Of a stretch of DNA of 64,000 nucleotides, positions 39,985 to 53,213 are shown in pieces. This DNA is from Octopus sinensis (taxonomy: Eukaryota): positions 109,368,001 to 109,432,000 of the forward strand of contig NC_042999.1 in the NCBI RefSeq assembly GCF_006345805.1, written 5' to 3'. The notes under the pieces were generated by a model. That model did no database searches. It worked only from the letters and a program-made list of their open reading frames with translations, and had not been told where the DNA came from. Within the stretch, counting starts at the first letter, position 1, and every line of letters starts with the position of its first letter. Both the position numbers and the translations under genes were made by a program.

Positions 39985-40470
39985 ATATATATAATATAAA
40001 ATCCGTTCTGTCTGTCTGTGTGTGTGTCTTCTAGGATCTTAGACATCCTCCATCCGATTGTGCTCAAATTTGATGTGTAGATACTGACAGTATCAGGGTG
40101 TGTATAAGTCTTGAAAAAATTACAAAAATCGATTCCAGGTGAGAATGCGATCGATAAAGCTGTTTTTGTCCTGCTTTTCTTCCATCAACCTGTACATAAC
40201 TGCACCTTCCATTTTTTGTGTTTTTATACTGGTTAAAGGCACGTTTCTCTCCTGCCAAGCTTACTGTTTAAACCATGTTTGTGTTCTCCTAGTCAACAGC
40301 TGGTACTTTAAACTCTTCGGTTGCATATTTGTATGAATAAAATCGTTTTTCTTTGGAATAGAAAAAAAGTATCTTTATTTCTTCTTTTGCTGGTGTCTCA
40401 AATTTAGGTTAAATCAGTGTTTCTCAAAGGGGAGGCTTATGGGACGGTCGGACAACTTGTTTTGAGAAAA
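39985..40470 (+). mobile_element. Non-autonomous Helitron-like (DINE/Lep1-type) element
   Basis: 5' tatataatataaaatccg, (tctg)n/(tg)n, ccgattgtgctcaaatttgatgtgtagat. Confidence 0.5.
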
Positions 40471-40589
40471 TTTTGTTTTAATAGTTAACAACTCAGCACT
40501 GTCCATTGGACGGGGGAGGGGCATTTTGCTCGTATATATATATATATCGAAGATCGAAATCGAATCGAAATCGAATTGAACCAGCCAGG

Positions 40590-40922
40590 ACCCCTGGTCT
40601 GGTGGTACGTAAAAAGCACCATCCGACTCGTGGCCGATGCCAGCACCGCCTCGTCTGGCTTCCGTGCCGGTGGCACATAAAATACACCAATCCGACCGTG
40701 GCCGTTGCCAGCCTCGCCTGGCACCTGTGCAGGTGGCACGTAAAAAGCACCCACTACACTCACGGAGTGGTTGGCGTTAGGAAGGGCATCCAGCTGTAGA
40801 AACACTGCCAGATAAGACTGGAGCCTGGTGCAGCCTTCTGGCTTCCCAGATCCTCGGTCGAACCGTCCAACCCATGCTAGCATGGAGAACGGAGGTTAAA
40901 CGATGATGATGATGATGATGAT
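40590..40922 (+). mobile_element. RTE 3' tail with 2-3 minisatellite units
   Basis: Same unit, then cactacactcacggagtggttggcgttagg...(gat)n. Confidence 0.85.
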
Positions 40923-41661
40923 ATATATATATATCTGTGTATGTGTCTTTGCATTTGTGTTTGTCCCCTTGACAACTGATTTGTTTATGTCCCTGTAACA
41001 TTAGCAGTTTGACAAAAGAGACTGATAGAATAAGTCTCAGATTTTAAATTATACTAAGTATTAGCATTGATTCATTTGATTAAAACTTTTCAACATGGTG
41101 ACCCAGCATGACTGCAGTCCAATGAGTGAAACAAATAAAACATAAAATATCAATCTATCTGTCTGTCTATCTCTACATATACATATACACTCATATATTA
41201 TTGTTTTTATATTACAGTATACATGTGTGAGTGTGCTTATGTAATTTGGTATATATGTATATATTATTGTGTCTTTTATTCTTTCATTCTTTTGAGCCAT
41301 TTGACTGTGGCCATGCTGGAGGACCACCTTTAGTTGGACAAATCGACCCCAGGGCTAATTCTTTGTAAGCCTAGTACTTATTCTATTGGTCTCTTTTGCT
41401 GAACCACTACGTTACAGGGACATAAACATACCAACACTGGTTGTCAAGCAATGGTGGAGGACCAAACACAGACACACAAATACATATATATATATATATA
41501 CGTCAGGCTTCTTTCAGCTTCTATCTACCAAATCTACTCTCAAGGCTTTGGTTGGTCCGAGGCTATAGTAGGAGACACTTACCCAAGGTGCCATACAGTG
41601 GGACTGAACCCAGAACCATGTGGTTGGTAAGCAAGCTACTTACCACCCAGCCACTCCTGTG

Positions 41662-41708
<47 letters not shown>

Positions 41709-42150
41709 ACACACACACACACATAAATCTATATCAAATTCTATAAATTAGATAAGATATACAAACTTAATGTAAAAGTTTGCAAAAGAATTACAAGTAA
41801 TTGGACTTATTCTAGTTTCAAAATGGACATTACTATTATCTTACAACTTATAACTCTGCTGACCCAGTGCCTAGTCTAAACAACTTAGTAAACTGATGTG
41901 CATAGACTTAGGCATGTGTCTTGAATTCACAACAAAAAATCTGTAGCAGGCTTGAACTCTGAATGTATGAGTTAGTGGTTTAATACTTTTTCACTTGGCT
42001 ATTTTGAGGTGTCAAACCTATATAAGACATAATATCCTATAAACTTTTCCATTCTTTTCATGGGTTATTCTGGCAAATATCTGATGCCAAACAAAACAGA
42101 ATTGCCTTTTCCTCCTGAATAGTTCAATGACTTTGATTTTTCTTGACTAG

Positions 42151-42202
42151 CATGAGACCACTTTTTGCTTTGCTGCCAATTGAACGGGACAGGAAAATGT
42201 TG
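42151..42202 (+). CDS. Candidate exon MRPLFALLPIERDRKML
   Basis: Acceptor tttttcttgactag, weak donor GTGTCT, open frame. Confidence 0.3.
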
Positions 42203-42669
42203 GTGTCTTTCTTTAAGATACAATGCAGTCTGTTATTAAAAACTGACGACATGTATTATGTTACATAAAGGGTGTGATATTATTTTCTGAGTTTTGGTTC
42301 GAAAACAAGGATTACAAAATGAATATATATATGCATGCAAATAAATAAAAATAACTTCTGTAAAAACTTAACTATATAAAGAATCTAATGAAAAAAGGGC
42401 CCCATTCTGTAGAAAAAAATAACGAATATCTTACTTTTATAAAATGTTACTTATAAAGGTAAATATGAAACCTGATATTTCTTTTTATACAAACAGGTTA
42501 GAAAAATGCACCACTTTTTAAAAAAAGGATTGACTTTTAGGATTAAATAAGTTTTTGTCATCAGTCTTGGATTAAATATAACAATTTTTTTTGTTTAAGA
42601 ATCTTTTGTATAGTCACAAAAAATTGAAATAGACAAACTTATACCAGATAATGCTTGTCTGTCTCTCTT

Positions 42670-42672
42670 TCT

Positions 42673-42758
<86 letters not shown>

Positions 42759-43567
42759 GATATAAGTATATATGTGTGTGTGTTGTGTATTCATGTATAT
42801 ATACATATACATAAATAAGTACATACATTCACACACACATCGATATATATATATACGAATATACATACATACACTCAATCATACACACATACATACACAC
42901 ACATACATGCACCCCCCTTCCAGTAACGATATATTCTATATCATTCATACACTCTCTCACACACACATGATAGAATAGAAATAAATTCACTTACAATCCT
43001 ATTCTAGTCAAAAACACATCTACAAATATATAGATGAAAGAGTAAATGCATAATAAATGTATTCGTTTCCTCTCTTACAGATGAATGCATGAATCTCTCT
43101 CTCTCTCTCTTACTTTTCTTCCTTTCTACATACTTCTCAAACTAGAGCTCTCTTTTTTTTCCCACTTTGACTCTTTCACTCTCTCTATCTCTAACTCAGA
43201 TATACACACACACACACACACACACACGCAAATGCATGTGTACACAAACACAGACACACACACACACATATACACACACACATACACACACACACATACA
43301 TACAAATGCATGCACAGACATGCACACACATAAAAATTATAGTTGAAAAGCAAATATATATATATCTCTCTTTCTTTCTGTCTTTTTCAAATTCTACACA
43401 TACACACACACACACAGACAAACACACACACGCACACATAACTGAGTGAGTGAATATGTTCTAACACACAATGTTTCTATTCCTCACTCATAACATGAGT
43501 GAGTAAATCTATGTATTCTTTCTCATATGAACAAAAACACATACATACAGATGAATAACTGCATGGC

Positions 43568-43604
<37 letters not shown>

Positions 43605-43640
43605 TCTTCTCCTGTTCTCACATACACACACACAAATGCA
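42670..43640. repeat. Compound (TA)n/(CA)n/(CT)n low-complexity block
   Basis: Direct reading. Confidence 0.95.
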
Positions 43641-44269
43641 TATAAATATGCAAGTATGTATTCATAAAAAATATATATATTCATCCCTACAACATAGAAA
43701 TATCTTTGCTTTCTTTCCCAAGGGATACATTTCTAATAGTAGCCATCCTCTTCCCACCAGTCGTTCCCTTACATTTGTATAAGCACATTTGTTTACTGCA
43801 TGCTCTATGTATCTAATTCATGAATGACTACTTTGAATTTCATTTCTCTGTTTGCAAGTAAAATTCATTGAATTTTTCTGTTTAATGAATAATCAATATT
43901 TATTTCTTTATGGAATTTTTAGTCTTCACTGAAGTGCTACAGCTCATTTCCCTTTTTCCTATCCCTCAGAAATGTATAGGATGTCAGAATTATTTATTGG
44001 AAAGCTATAACAGTGGTGAAACCTGGGTTAATGTATCAAATCAAAATTTCCTGATATGAGATAAATCAATTCAAAGATTTTCATATTCTACAAAACAAAG
44101 ATAATAGCACCATTTCAAGAGAGAAAATGAAATATATTCAAACATCAGCCAGCTTCTTTCTATTCTAAGTTGCAAACCCTTTTGTTTATGTTAACATCTT
44201 TATAAAAATTGACTGAATTTCTCTGCATCTTTTGGAAATAAAAATAATTTTAGACTATTGGTTCTTCAG

Positions 44270-44362
44270 GAAAATATTTAATATTTTTGTTATACAAAGA
44301 AAATCCTACAGTGGCAAACCGCGGAGACTTCCAACAGAAAACAACTTCCTCCTATTTTACAG
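44270..44362 (+). CDS. Candidate exon KYLIFLLYKENPTVANRGDFQQKTTSSYFT (phase 1 to 1; frame ambiguous)
   Basis: Acceptor ggttcttcag, donor CAG|GTAGAT, CpG-containing; two frames are open. Confidence 0.3.
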
Positions 44363-45320
44363 GTAGATATTAATCAGCACAATTACATGAACCATAAATT
44401 TTCTTTTATAACTTAAATGTTCTACAAAAAAATAAATGAAATAATTCAATTGAAAATATATAAAATGTTTTACTTGGGCAAAAAGCCAATCTTTTGTCAA
44501 GGGAGTCAGTATTGATTGAGTAACCTACAGTATATCGGCTGTAATTTATTTTATTGATCTTAGCAGGATGAAGAGTAAAGCTTGAACTAAGAAAGCAGAG
44601 AGACAAAATTAAATACTGTAATACTCTTAAGTCTTTTGAAAGTATATTCAATTAAACTGACCCCAGTACTTGACTGGTACTTTATTTTATTGACCCCGGA
44701 AAAATGAAAATAAATTTGTTTGGTAAACAAAATTCTAATAAAGTAAATACATTTTATTTTCATTGTTTGACTTTTGAATTTTGTATGTAATTTTGATAGA
44801 GCTTTAGACAAAGTTTGCAGGCATGGCTATGTGGTAAAAAGCTTGCTTCCCAACCACACAGTTCTGAGTTCAGTTCCACTGTGTGGGCAAGTGTCTTCAA
44901 ATATAACTTAGGGCTAACCAAAGCCTTGTGAGTGGATTTAGTAGACAGAAACTGAAAGAAGCCGGTCATATATATATATATGTTTATATCTATGTGTGTG
45001 TATTTGTGTCTGTGTTTGTCCTCCTATCACTGCTTGTTGTGTTTACATCACTGTAACTTAGCAGTTTATCAAAAGAGACTGAAAGAATAAGTACTATGCT
45101 TTAAAAAACATAAGTCCTGCGGTCAATTTGTTCGACGAAAACCCTTCAAGGCAATGCTCCAGCATGACTACTGTCAAATGACTAAAACAAGTAAAAAGAA
45201 TAAAAAAAGAATATATATTTTTTATGCAAGATACTAATATACTTACAGGGTTTTGTTTTGTTTTGTTTTTAACTATGATGACTTGAGTATCCAAGCTCTA
45301 CTTTTATTCTACAAATTGAG

Positions 45321-45393
45321 AGTTCCATGTGGATATAAGAAAATGTTTTGTCAAACAATCTGAAAAGCAGAATAATATTGATGTGAATTTCTG
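45321..45393 (+). CDS. Candidate exon FHVDIRKCFVKQSEKQNNIDVNF (phase 1 to 2)
   Basis: Consensus donor TG|GTGAGT, 23 open codons; joins 46577 to give Trp. Confidence 0.5.
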
Positions 45394-46576
45394 GTGAGTC
45401 AGGTTTATGATTCATGAAGATCACATATCTTCATTTTCTTTCTCCTTTAAAATCTTTTATGTTTTGTTCCTTTGAAGGAAAATTTTTGATGCGATAACTG
45501 AGTTCAAATTTTGTCAATTTATATGATTCTGATACCAGTAAAATAAGTTTCAATAAACAATGACAAATAAAGTTATCAATAATATAAATAAATATTTTTC
45601 GATCATTTTACTCTTGGGAAACCTTGAAATTATATTATATCTCTTAGGGAATCCCTGTGTGAAATTATTATATATGTTTATTAATCTATTTATTTCTCTT
45701 ACATAAAGTCTGGTTTCATAAGAGATTAAACAAATCATAAAACTGTCTTTGAAAGCTACCACAAAGAAAATTTATGAAATTTTATCTTAATATCTTGTTT
45801 TAACTAAATTCCCTTACAAATCCTTAGTTGAGGTCATTTTGCCATAAGATTGTCTTACTACTTATAGATTCCAGTACTTTGAATATGTCATGCATGTATA
45901 CTAGAATTACAAATACAGAAATAAACACAAAAAGATCCAAGGGTGCTTGTGTTTATTATGAGTCTATCACTGCTTCTTGCACAACCCTCTCACACAAAAC
46001 CCAAGAGTTCCGGCCAAACTTGGGACATGCTGATATAAATAATGGTTTCAAATTGTAGCGCAAGGACAGCAGTTTTGTGGGGCGGGGAGAGACTAGGTCG
46101 TTTCTATTGACCCCAATGCTCAAACGGTACTTATTTCATTGACCCCAAAAGGATGAAAGGCAAAGTCAGCCTCAGTCGAATTTGAACTCAGCATTTTACC
46201 CAGTATGCTAATGATTCTACCAGCTGGCTACCTTTATGCTAATATAAATAATTCTGAAAGTTATGATGAAGCTGCATTCCTGCTGAAGAGCTTCAACTAA
46301 GGTGGACAAAAATAATATTGGTAATCAAATAATATGTTTATCTTACTACATATGAGAATGAAAATACTTTGGGTTATTAATGCTCTTTATTAAATTTGCT
46401 TTCAAACACTTAACTATTAATAATATTAATCCATTTTAATTAACCTATGTCTACTTGTTACATAGGTTAATGATTAGTATTTTAGTTAATCATTAGTATT
46501 TTAATTAACATTCTATTTTTTTTAATATTTGATGAATGAAGGAAGAGTAGATGACATGTCCCTTTATTTTTTTCAG

Positions 46577-46653
46577 GGTCTCCAAGATCCTTAGAATGGT
46601 CTTCACAACATTCATTAATGAGATTAAATCAGCATATTTGATCATTTTATGCA
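46577..46653 (+). CDS. Candidate exon VSKILRMVFTTFINEIKSAYLIILC (phase 2 start; 3' end uncertain)
   Basis: Strong acceptor ccctttatttttttcag; donor weak. Confidence 0.45.
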
Positions 46654-47254
46654 GTTGTTATTGTTATTTAACTCCAGAAAAACTTTGACTGAGCAGACAT
46701 ATGATAGAAGACATTCCAGCAATGACTATCTCATTCTTCTGTTATAAATTGCACATCTAGGTTTGCATTAATCTTATGTATCACCCTCTTTCCTAGATAG
46801 TCAGGTATAATTTAAGGGTGACTGGGTTGCTATTTCAAACTATTAACAATCATAAAAAGGCCCCTCTGTGCAACATTTCATGTTATAAACTCCCACTTTT
46901 TACCAAAAATCTCATCGAATTTTCTTTCTTATAATCATTTCCTTTTTAATTTTGTTTGCAGTTCACACAATTTTAGCACAGAATATTGATTTATAGCATT
47001 GGTGCATGGGTCATATATTTCAGAGGAGCATGCAGTCAATTATATTGTCCCTGCTACTTGACTCGTCTTTGTACTTTATTAAGTCTGAAAGAATAAAAGA
47101 AAACGAAAATGATTCTGTGGAGATTTGAACTCAGAATGTAAAGAGCAATAATGAAATAGTACAAGAAATTCTGCTCAGAGCTCTACCAATTTTGCCAATC
47201 TGCTGGCCTTATGTTAGGCATATTAAATGTATCAACCTTCTCAAGCTTCTATGT

Positions 47255-47520
47255 GGAGGTACATGGCTTAGTGGTTAGGGTGTTGGACTCATGATTGTAA
47301 GACTGGTTTCAATTCCTGGACCAAGTGATGTATTGTGTTCTTGAGCAGAGCACTTCATTTCATGTTGCTTCAGTCCACTCAGCTGGCAAAAATGAATAAA
47401 CTTACAATGGACCAGTGTCCTGTCCAGTAGGTAATATATGTGCCCCAGAAACTGAGAAAATGGCTCTGAGAAACTGAGAAAATGGCACCAGAAACTGAGA
47501 AAATGCCCTTGGAAGGACCT
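47255..47520 (+). mobile_element. tRNA-derived SINE, Meta/CORE-like middle
   Basis: tggcttagtggttagg..gtgttcttgagcagagcacttc..ccagtccactcagctgg. Confidence 0.8.
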
Positions 47521-47772
47521 CTGTTTTTTATCCTATCTTAAACTTCAGCCTGAGGGGCTCAGTAAACTACTCTGCCAGTATACAAGGTTTTGAAAATCAT
47601 TTTGTAAGGCTTAACATAATTCCTTAATGAGCAAGAGATGTTTATTTCAAATGGTTCAACTAATGAATATTAGATGTTTTCCTCTCTAAGTACACACACA
47701 CAAATGCTACATACACTCATACATACATTCATATGCAAACACACACACATAAACATGTATATACATGCTATA

Positions 47773-47821
<49 letters not shown>

Positions 47822-48720
47822 TACGTACATATATACACACACAAACATTCTCAAATATACAAAGAATGGAAGAGTTGCTCCAGGATGAATCAAGAATGCC
47901 AAGGGCATTGTATGAGATATCTGAATCAATAAAAGAAAAGTGTTGAAATTCTTTTACTAATTGGATGCTTTACAGGTAAGCTAATACCTGCTACTCAAAG
48001 CTGAATAAAGTAAATTATATATTTAAAAGGAAAAAATATTGTTGGACATAGAAATGGTAAATTAAATTTAATCTTTCAATACACAACATGATTAAGTTCT
48101 TTCAGAAATAATGAATGAATTTAAGAAAAAAATACCTATCAATAAAAAAAGATCAAAATGCAAACCAACAAATTTAAAATGAGCAAAAAAGCTTTATCTA
48201 AATTATAAATAAAAATAAAATGGTTTGAGAAAGCTTGAAGGGAAAGTATAATCAAGAAATGAGAATGTCAATAGATGTTTATGAAAGAGGAATAGTCAAA
48301 TGAACTTATAAATCTATCAGAACTTTTAACTCTTTAATGATCATATTTTTTTCTATGAAGGAAGAAATTCTTTGCATCAAATAAAATGTGATAAAATTTG
48401 AAGTATTTTATGCATTATATTCCCTATTCTTTCAATGTTGTTTGTGTGTGTTTACATAAATGTATGTCTAAATTTTGGGATGCACAAGTAAAAAAAAAAT
48501 GAAGAAGAGAAAAGAAAAGAAAAAGGAGAACAAATTACTGATGGCTTTTATTAGTTGAGAATGGAACAGCTTTTACTTGTTTAGTTCTTCCATAACTGAA
48601 TATATCAATATCAGAAATTAGGTGTACATCAACTAATAGGAATGTATTGAGCTAATATACACTCCCATTTCTCTATGGCTTTCAAACAAAACTCACTAGC
48701 ATATTCACTTCTATAGGTTT

Positions 48721-48757
<37 letters not shown>

Positions 48758-49232
48758 TGTATGTGTATGTGTGTATGCATATGTGTGTGTATAAATAATA
48801 CAATGAGTAAGTATAACTCAATGTGAAGGTATGGGTGCTTTTAGAATATGATCCTTTGAAATCTAAAATTAGTCACTTTATTTAATGAAAAATCAAAATG
48901 TTTATAAATCATCAATTAACTTAATCTAAGAAAATGTAAAGAAAATAATTTAAGAAAAAAACCCCAAAGATCTTCTAAAACTGTCTTCATATTTTCTACA
49001 TTTTTTAAATCTTAATATTAATGCCATGAGAAAATGTTCTTTTGTTAGATGACAGATTTAGGTCATGTCACGGCATATAAATTTTACTTTATTTACCCTT
49101 ACTTTTATTCTTCTGCAATTTTACTCTCATCATGTTATATGTCATTTAAATTCAGGTCACTTTTTTAATTTTTGCGATAGTGTCTCATCTTTATTCATTT
49201 CTAAAAACAATTATTTGATTTTAACATGATAG

Positions 49233-49286
49233 ATATTGTCACCAATGACCATAAAAGAGAAACAATTTCAGTTGATGGTCGTCATC
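49233..49286 (+). CDS. Candidate exon IVTNDHKRETISVDGRH (phase 1 to 1)
   Basis: Acceptor ttttaacatgatag, donor C|GTATGC, CpG-rich; joins in frame to 50115. Confidence 0.5.
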
Positions 49287-50114
49287 GTATGCTATAGAAA
49301 TAGAATAATTAGACTCAAAAATCAAATTATTGAAACAGCAATTTATATTATTTGAACCACGGCAATTTTTATAGTTTTTTTATTTTTATTTTTGCTATTT
49401 AATTAGCCTTCAATCCACTGGTAGCTCCCATTATCAAGTTTATCAGTTACACTGTATTAGGACCACCTTTCTCTATTAATTTATCTTGGAATGTTAGGTT
49501 AAAGATGGTTTTCAATATAAGAATTGCCTTATAGCTTCATTAATCCAACAAATAGTGAGATATATTTATTATCATTTATCAGAATTGTTCAGCATGCATG
49601 TGAACATATAATATACATTCTGGCACTTCAAATGTTGTTCACTATATATTCTGTAATGTATTTTATGAGACAGCAAAAGATGATTAGATTGAAGAAAATG
49701 AAGGTTAATAAGGACAGTAACTGTATTTTAGGGGGTTGTTATTTCAAAATATATAAAATAAAAGTAATTATGTGGTATTATTTTTATCTTTTACTGGTTT
49801 TAGTCATTAGAGTGCAGCCATGCTGGGGCACCACCCTGAATTTTTAGTATTTATTTTTAAAGTCTGGGGCTTATTCTATTGGTCACTTTTGCCAAACTGC
49901 TAAGTTATGGGAACATAAACACACCAGTACCAGTCGTCAAGCAGTAGTGTGTGTGGTGGTGGTGGGGGGGGGGACACAGACACAAAGATACAAACATATC
50001 TTGAGGTGGACTGTGAAATTCGATGTGTATATATTTGTGAATATTTGTATGTACTTGCATTTTGCGTGTGCTTTTCTGTGGGCATGTATAGATAATTTCA
50101 TTTATTTCACTCAG

Positions 50115-50200
50115 TATGTTTTGCTGATGAAGGATTAGTTATCAAACTAATCCAGAAATTGATCAATCCAAAACTATCTGAATTATTTTATGAATTTTTT
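50115..50200 (+). CDS. Candidate exon CFADEGLVIKLIQKLINPKLSELFYEFF (phase 1 to 0)
   Basis: Acceptor tttatttcactcag, donor GTCAGT, 28 open codons. Confidence 0.55.
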
Positions 50201-51938
50201 GTCAGTCTGCTTTCCTGTTTTCAACCTGTGTATATATGTGGAGTAAATATTTGAAGTGGTTGGACGTATTTGGTGTCTACTTTCAGCATATAGGGATGGT
50301 AGCTTCTGTACCCTTAAGTATAATTGTACCCTGTACAAATCTATCTCTCTCTCTCTCTTTATATATATATAAATATATATACATACGCAACAAGCTTCTT
50401 TCAGTTTCAATCTTTCAAATCCACTCAGAAGGCTTTGAATGGCCCAAGGCTATAGTAGAAGACACTTACCTAAGGTACCACACAATGGGACTGAATCTGA
50501 AGCCATGTAGTTGGGAAGCAAACTTCTTACCACACAGCCACACCTGTGCCTACTGTTGAATAATTTTTTAAATATTTACATAAATGCAAAAACAATCTTC
50601 CTTACATCTACCAAAATATGCTTCTTATTGTTATCAAAGTTAAAATAGTTGTAATATAACTCCTCTCTAACTCCTCCCTGTATGGTCAACTCCTGTTAAC
50701 ACCAAATCATCTAACCTCATGATTCATGTTTCAGGAGAATTGTACTTAAGAGTGTACCAACCACACACAGTCTATTTTTTTGACTTCTTTTTATATTGAT
50801 ATTTTTAGAATACATTATGTGATTTCGAAAGTAAAAATATTCATAAATGCAGTCTCAAAATATGTATTCACAAACATAATTCTACTGATTGACCAAAGAT
50901 AATATTTTAGGAATGAAAAGAATGGATTTTGAAGTTACTTCTTCAAGTCTATGAAAGTGGTGAAAATAATTTGTATAGGCTTAAACACAAGAGCCTCCAC
51001 TCACTGCCTTCTTAGTTTCTTTGAATGTCTTTTCAATAAGATGGAATGTGTGTATACATCCAACCATACATAAATAAATACATCCAAAAACATACATCTT
51101 TACACACACTCACGCACAAACACACACATATGCACATACACTACACACACAGACAGACAACTCGCACATTATTCTCATTATTTTAATATTTCTTCTTTTC
51201 CATCTTGTAATGGTTTGGATGGATCTGCACTATTTTCTCTTTCCCTTATCTCCTGCCTCTCTCTTGGCATACATGCATGCATACATACATACATACATTC
51301 ATACATACATATGCATGTACATATATATATACATACTCACACACATACGTATATACATACATTTATATGCATGTACATATATATATATACATACTCACAC
51401 ACACACATACATGCATACATACATACATATAATCATATGCACATACATACATACGTATATAGGTATGTATGTATGCATGCATGCGCACGCGTGTGTGTGT
51501 GCATGTGTGTCTCCTTGCCTTGACATTATATGACTAGTGAATTATTGTCGCAGTCATTCAAACAATACCATGTCATTGATTTGTAATATTCAGCAAGAAC
51601 ACATCTGGTCATAGGAAAATATTATTTTACTTGGAAACAGGTAATGGTTGGCAACAAGAAGACATCCAGCTGTAGAGAAAATCTACTTCAACAAAATTCT
51701 ATTTCCACCAAGCAAACATAGAAAAGTGAATGCTAAACAAGTAATGATGATGATACAATGGGCTTCTTTCAATTTCTGTCTACCAAATCCATTCATAAGG
51801 TTTCTGTTGGCCCTGGGCTATAGTAGAAGACATCTGTCCTAGTTGCCATACACAGTAGCATTGAACCTGGAACTATGTGGTTGGGAAGTAAATTTCTTGC
51901 CACACAGTCATGCATATATATATATATATATATATATA

Positions 51939-52666
51939 CAGTAATCCTTTGCTGTGGAGGTGCAATGGCCTAGTGGTTAGAGCAGTGGACTCGTGGTCGT
52001 AGGATTGCGGTTTCGATTCCCAGACCAGGCATTGTGAGTGTTTATTGAGGAGGCTCCGGCAGGGGGTGGTGATGAACCCTGCTGTACATTTTCACCACAG
52101 CTTTCTCTCACTCTTTCTTCCTGCTTCTGTTGTACCTGTATTTTAAAGGGCCAGCCTTGTCCCACTCTGTGTCATGCTGAATCTCCCTGAGAACTACGTT
52201 AAGGGTACACGTGTCTGTGGAGTGCTCAGCCACTTGCATGTTAATAAATGAGCTGTGATGTCACTGGTGCCAAGCTGTATCAGCCTTTGCCTTTCCTTTG
52301 GATAACATTGGTGGCATGGAGAAAGGAGGCTGGTATGCATGGGTGACTGCTGGTCTTCCATAAACAATATTGCCCAGACTTGTGCCTCGGAGGGTAACTT
52401 TCTAGGTGCAATACCATGGTCATTCATGACTGAAGGGGGAGGTGTCAAATCACTCGCCATATTGTGGTACAGCTATCGTGGTTTATTATTTAACTTTACA
52501 TTGATTCCTCTGTGGTATTGTGTTGTATTTATAATAAAATAAATATGCACAAATTATAGAAATAATAAAAAAAAAATATACAGTACTCTATTGTTTCTAC
52601 TTCGTGGATTTTCACCTATTGCGGGGGTTTTGGAACATAACAGCCATGATAGATGAGGGATTACTG
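51939..52666. mobile_element. Tc1/pogo-type MITE interrupted by a SINE (51953-52450)
   Basis: Ends cagtaatcc / ggattactg. Confidence 0.7.
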
Positions 52667-52839
52667 TGTGTATATATATATATATATACAAAGAGCAATA
52701 AAGATTCAAGTTAATTTAAAAAAATTTACTTGAATATGGTACCTAACTTAGATGCACCAAAAAAAAAACTATACTGATTTAACAATACAGTAATGTGGGG
52801 TGATTATAAGCGAGAAAGAAGCAACAAGAATGGATAGGT

Positions 52840-52930
52840 TTTTAGTACGATCGTTTCATACAAGGACAGGTTTTATTAAAAGTTGCAAAGATTACAGCAT
52901 ATAAACGAGTCCCGTACTCATCAGCTAAAA
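52840..52930 (-). ncRNA. Minimal type I hammerhead ribozyme (mirror copy)
   Basis: Reverse complement of 53123-53213 in the left arm of the palindrome. Confidence 0.8.
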
Positions 52931-53122
52931 TACATGTAAGTTCTCTAGACATCCTAGTGTTTGAGGCTATACTCATGAAGTAATGTAGATAATTAAACAG
53001 ATTTCTAAAGTTCATTAAAGTTCTTTAAAGAACTTTAATGAACTTTAGAAATCTGTTTAATTATCTACATTACTTCATGAGTATAGCCTCAAACACTAGG
53101 ATGTCTAGAGAACTTACATGTA

Positions 53123-53213
53123 TTTTAGCTGATGAGTACGGGACTCGTTTATATGCTGTAATCTTTGCAACTTTTAATAAAACCTGTCCTTGTATGAAAC
53201 GATCGTACTAAAA
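53123..53213 (+). ncRNA. Minimal type I hammerhead ribozyme
   Basis: Stem I ttttag/ctaaaa; CTGATGA 53129-53135; long imperfect stem II gtacgggactcgttt/aaaacctgtccttgtat; GAAAC-gatc-GTA with palindromic loop III; predicted cut after 53207. Confidence 0.8.

Noticed and set aside
37497-51533. ORFs rich in YI/CV/HT (37497, 37591, 42595, 43085, 51210 and others)
   Set aside because: Translations of (TA)n, (TG)n and (CA)n microsatellites.
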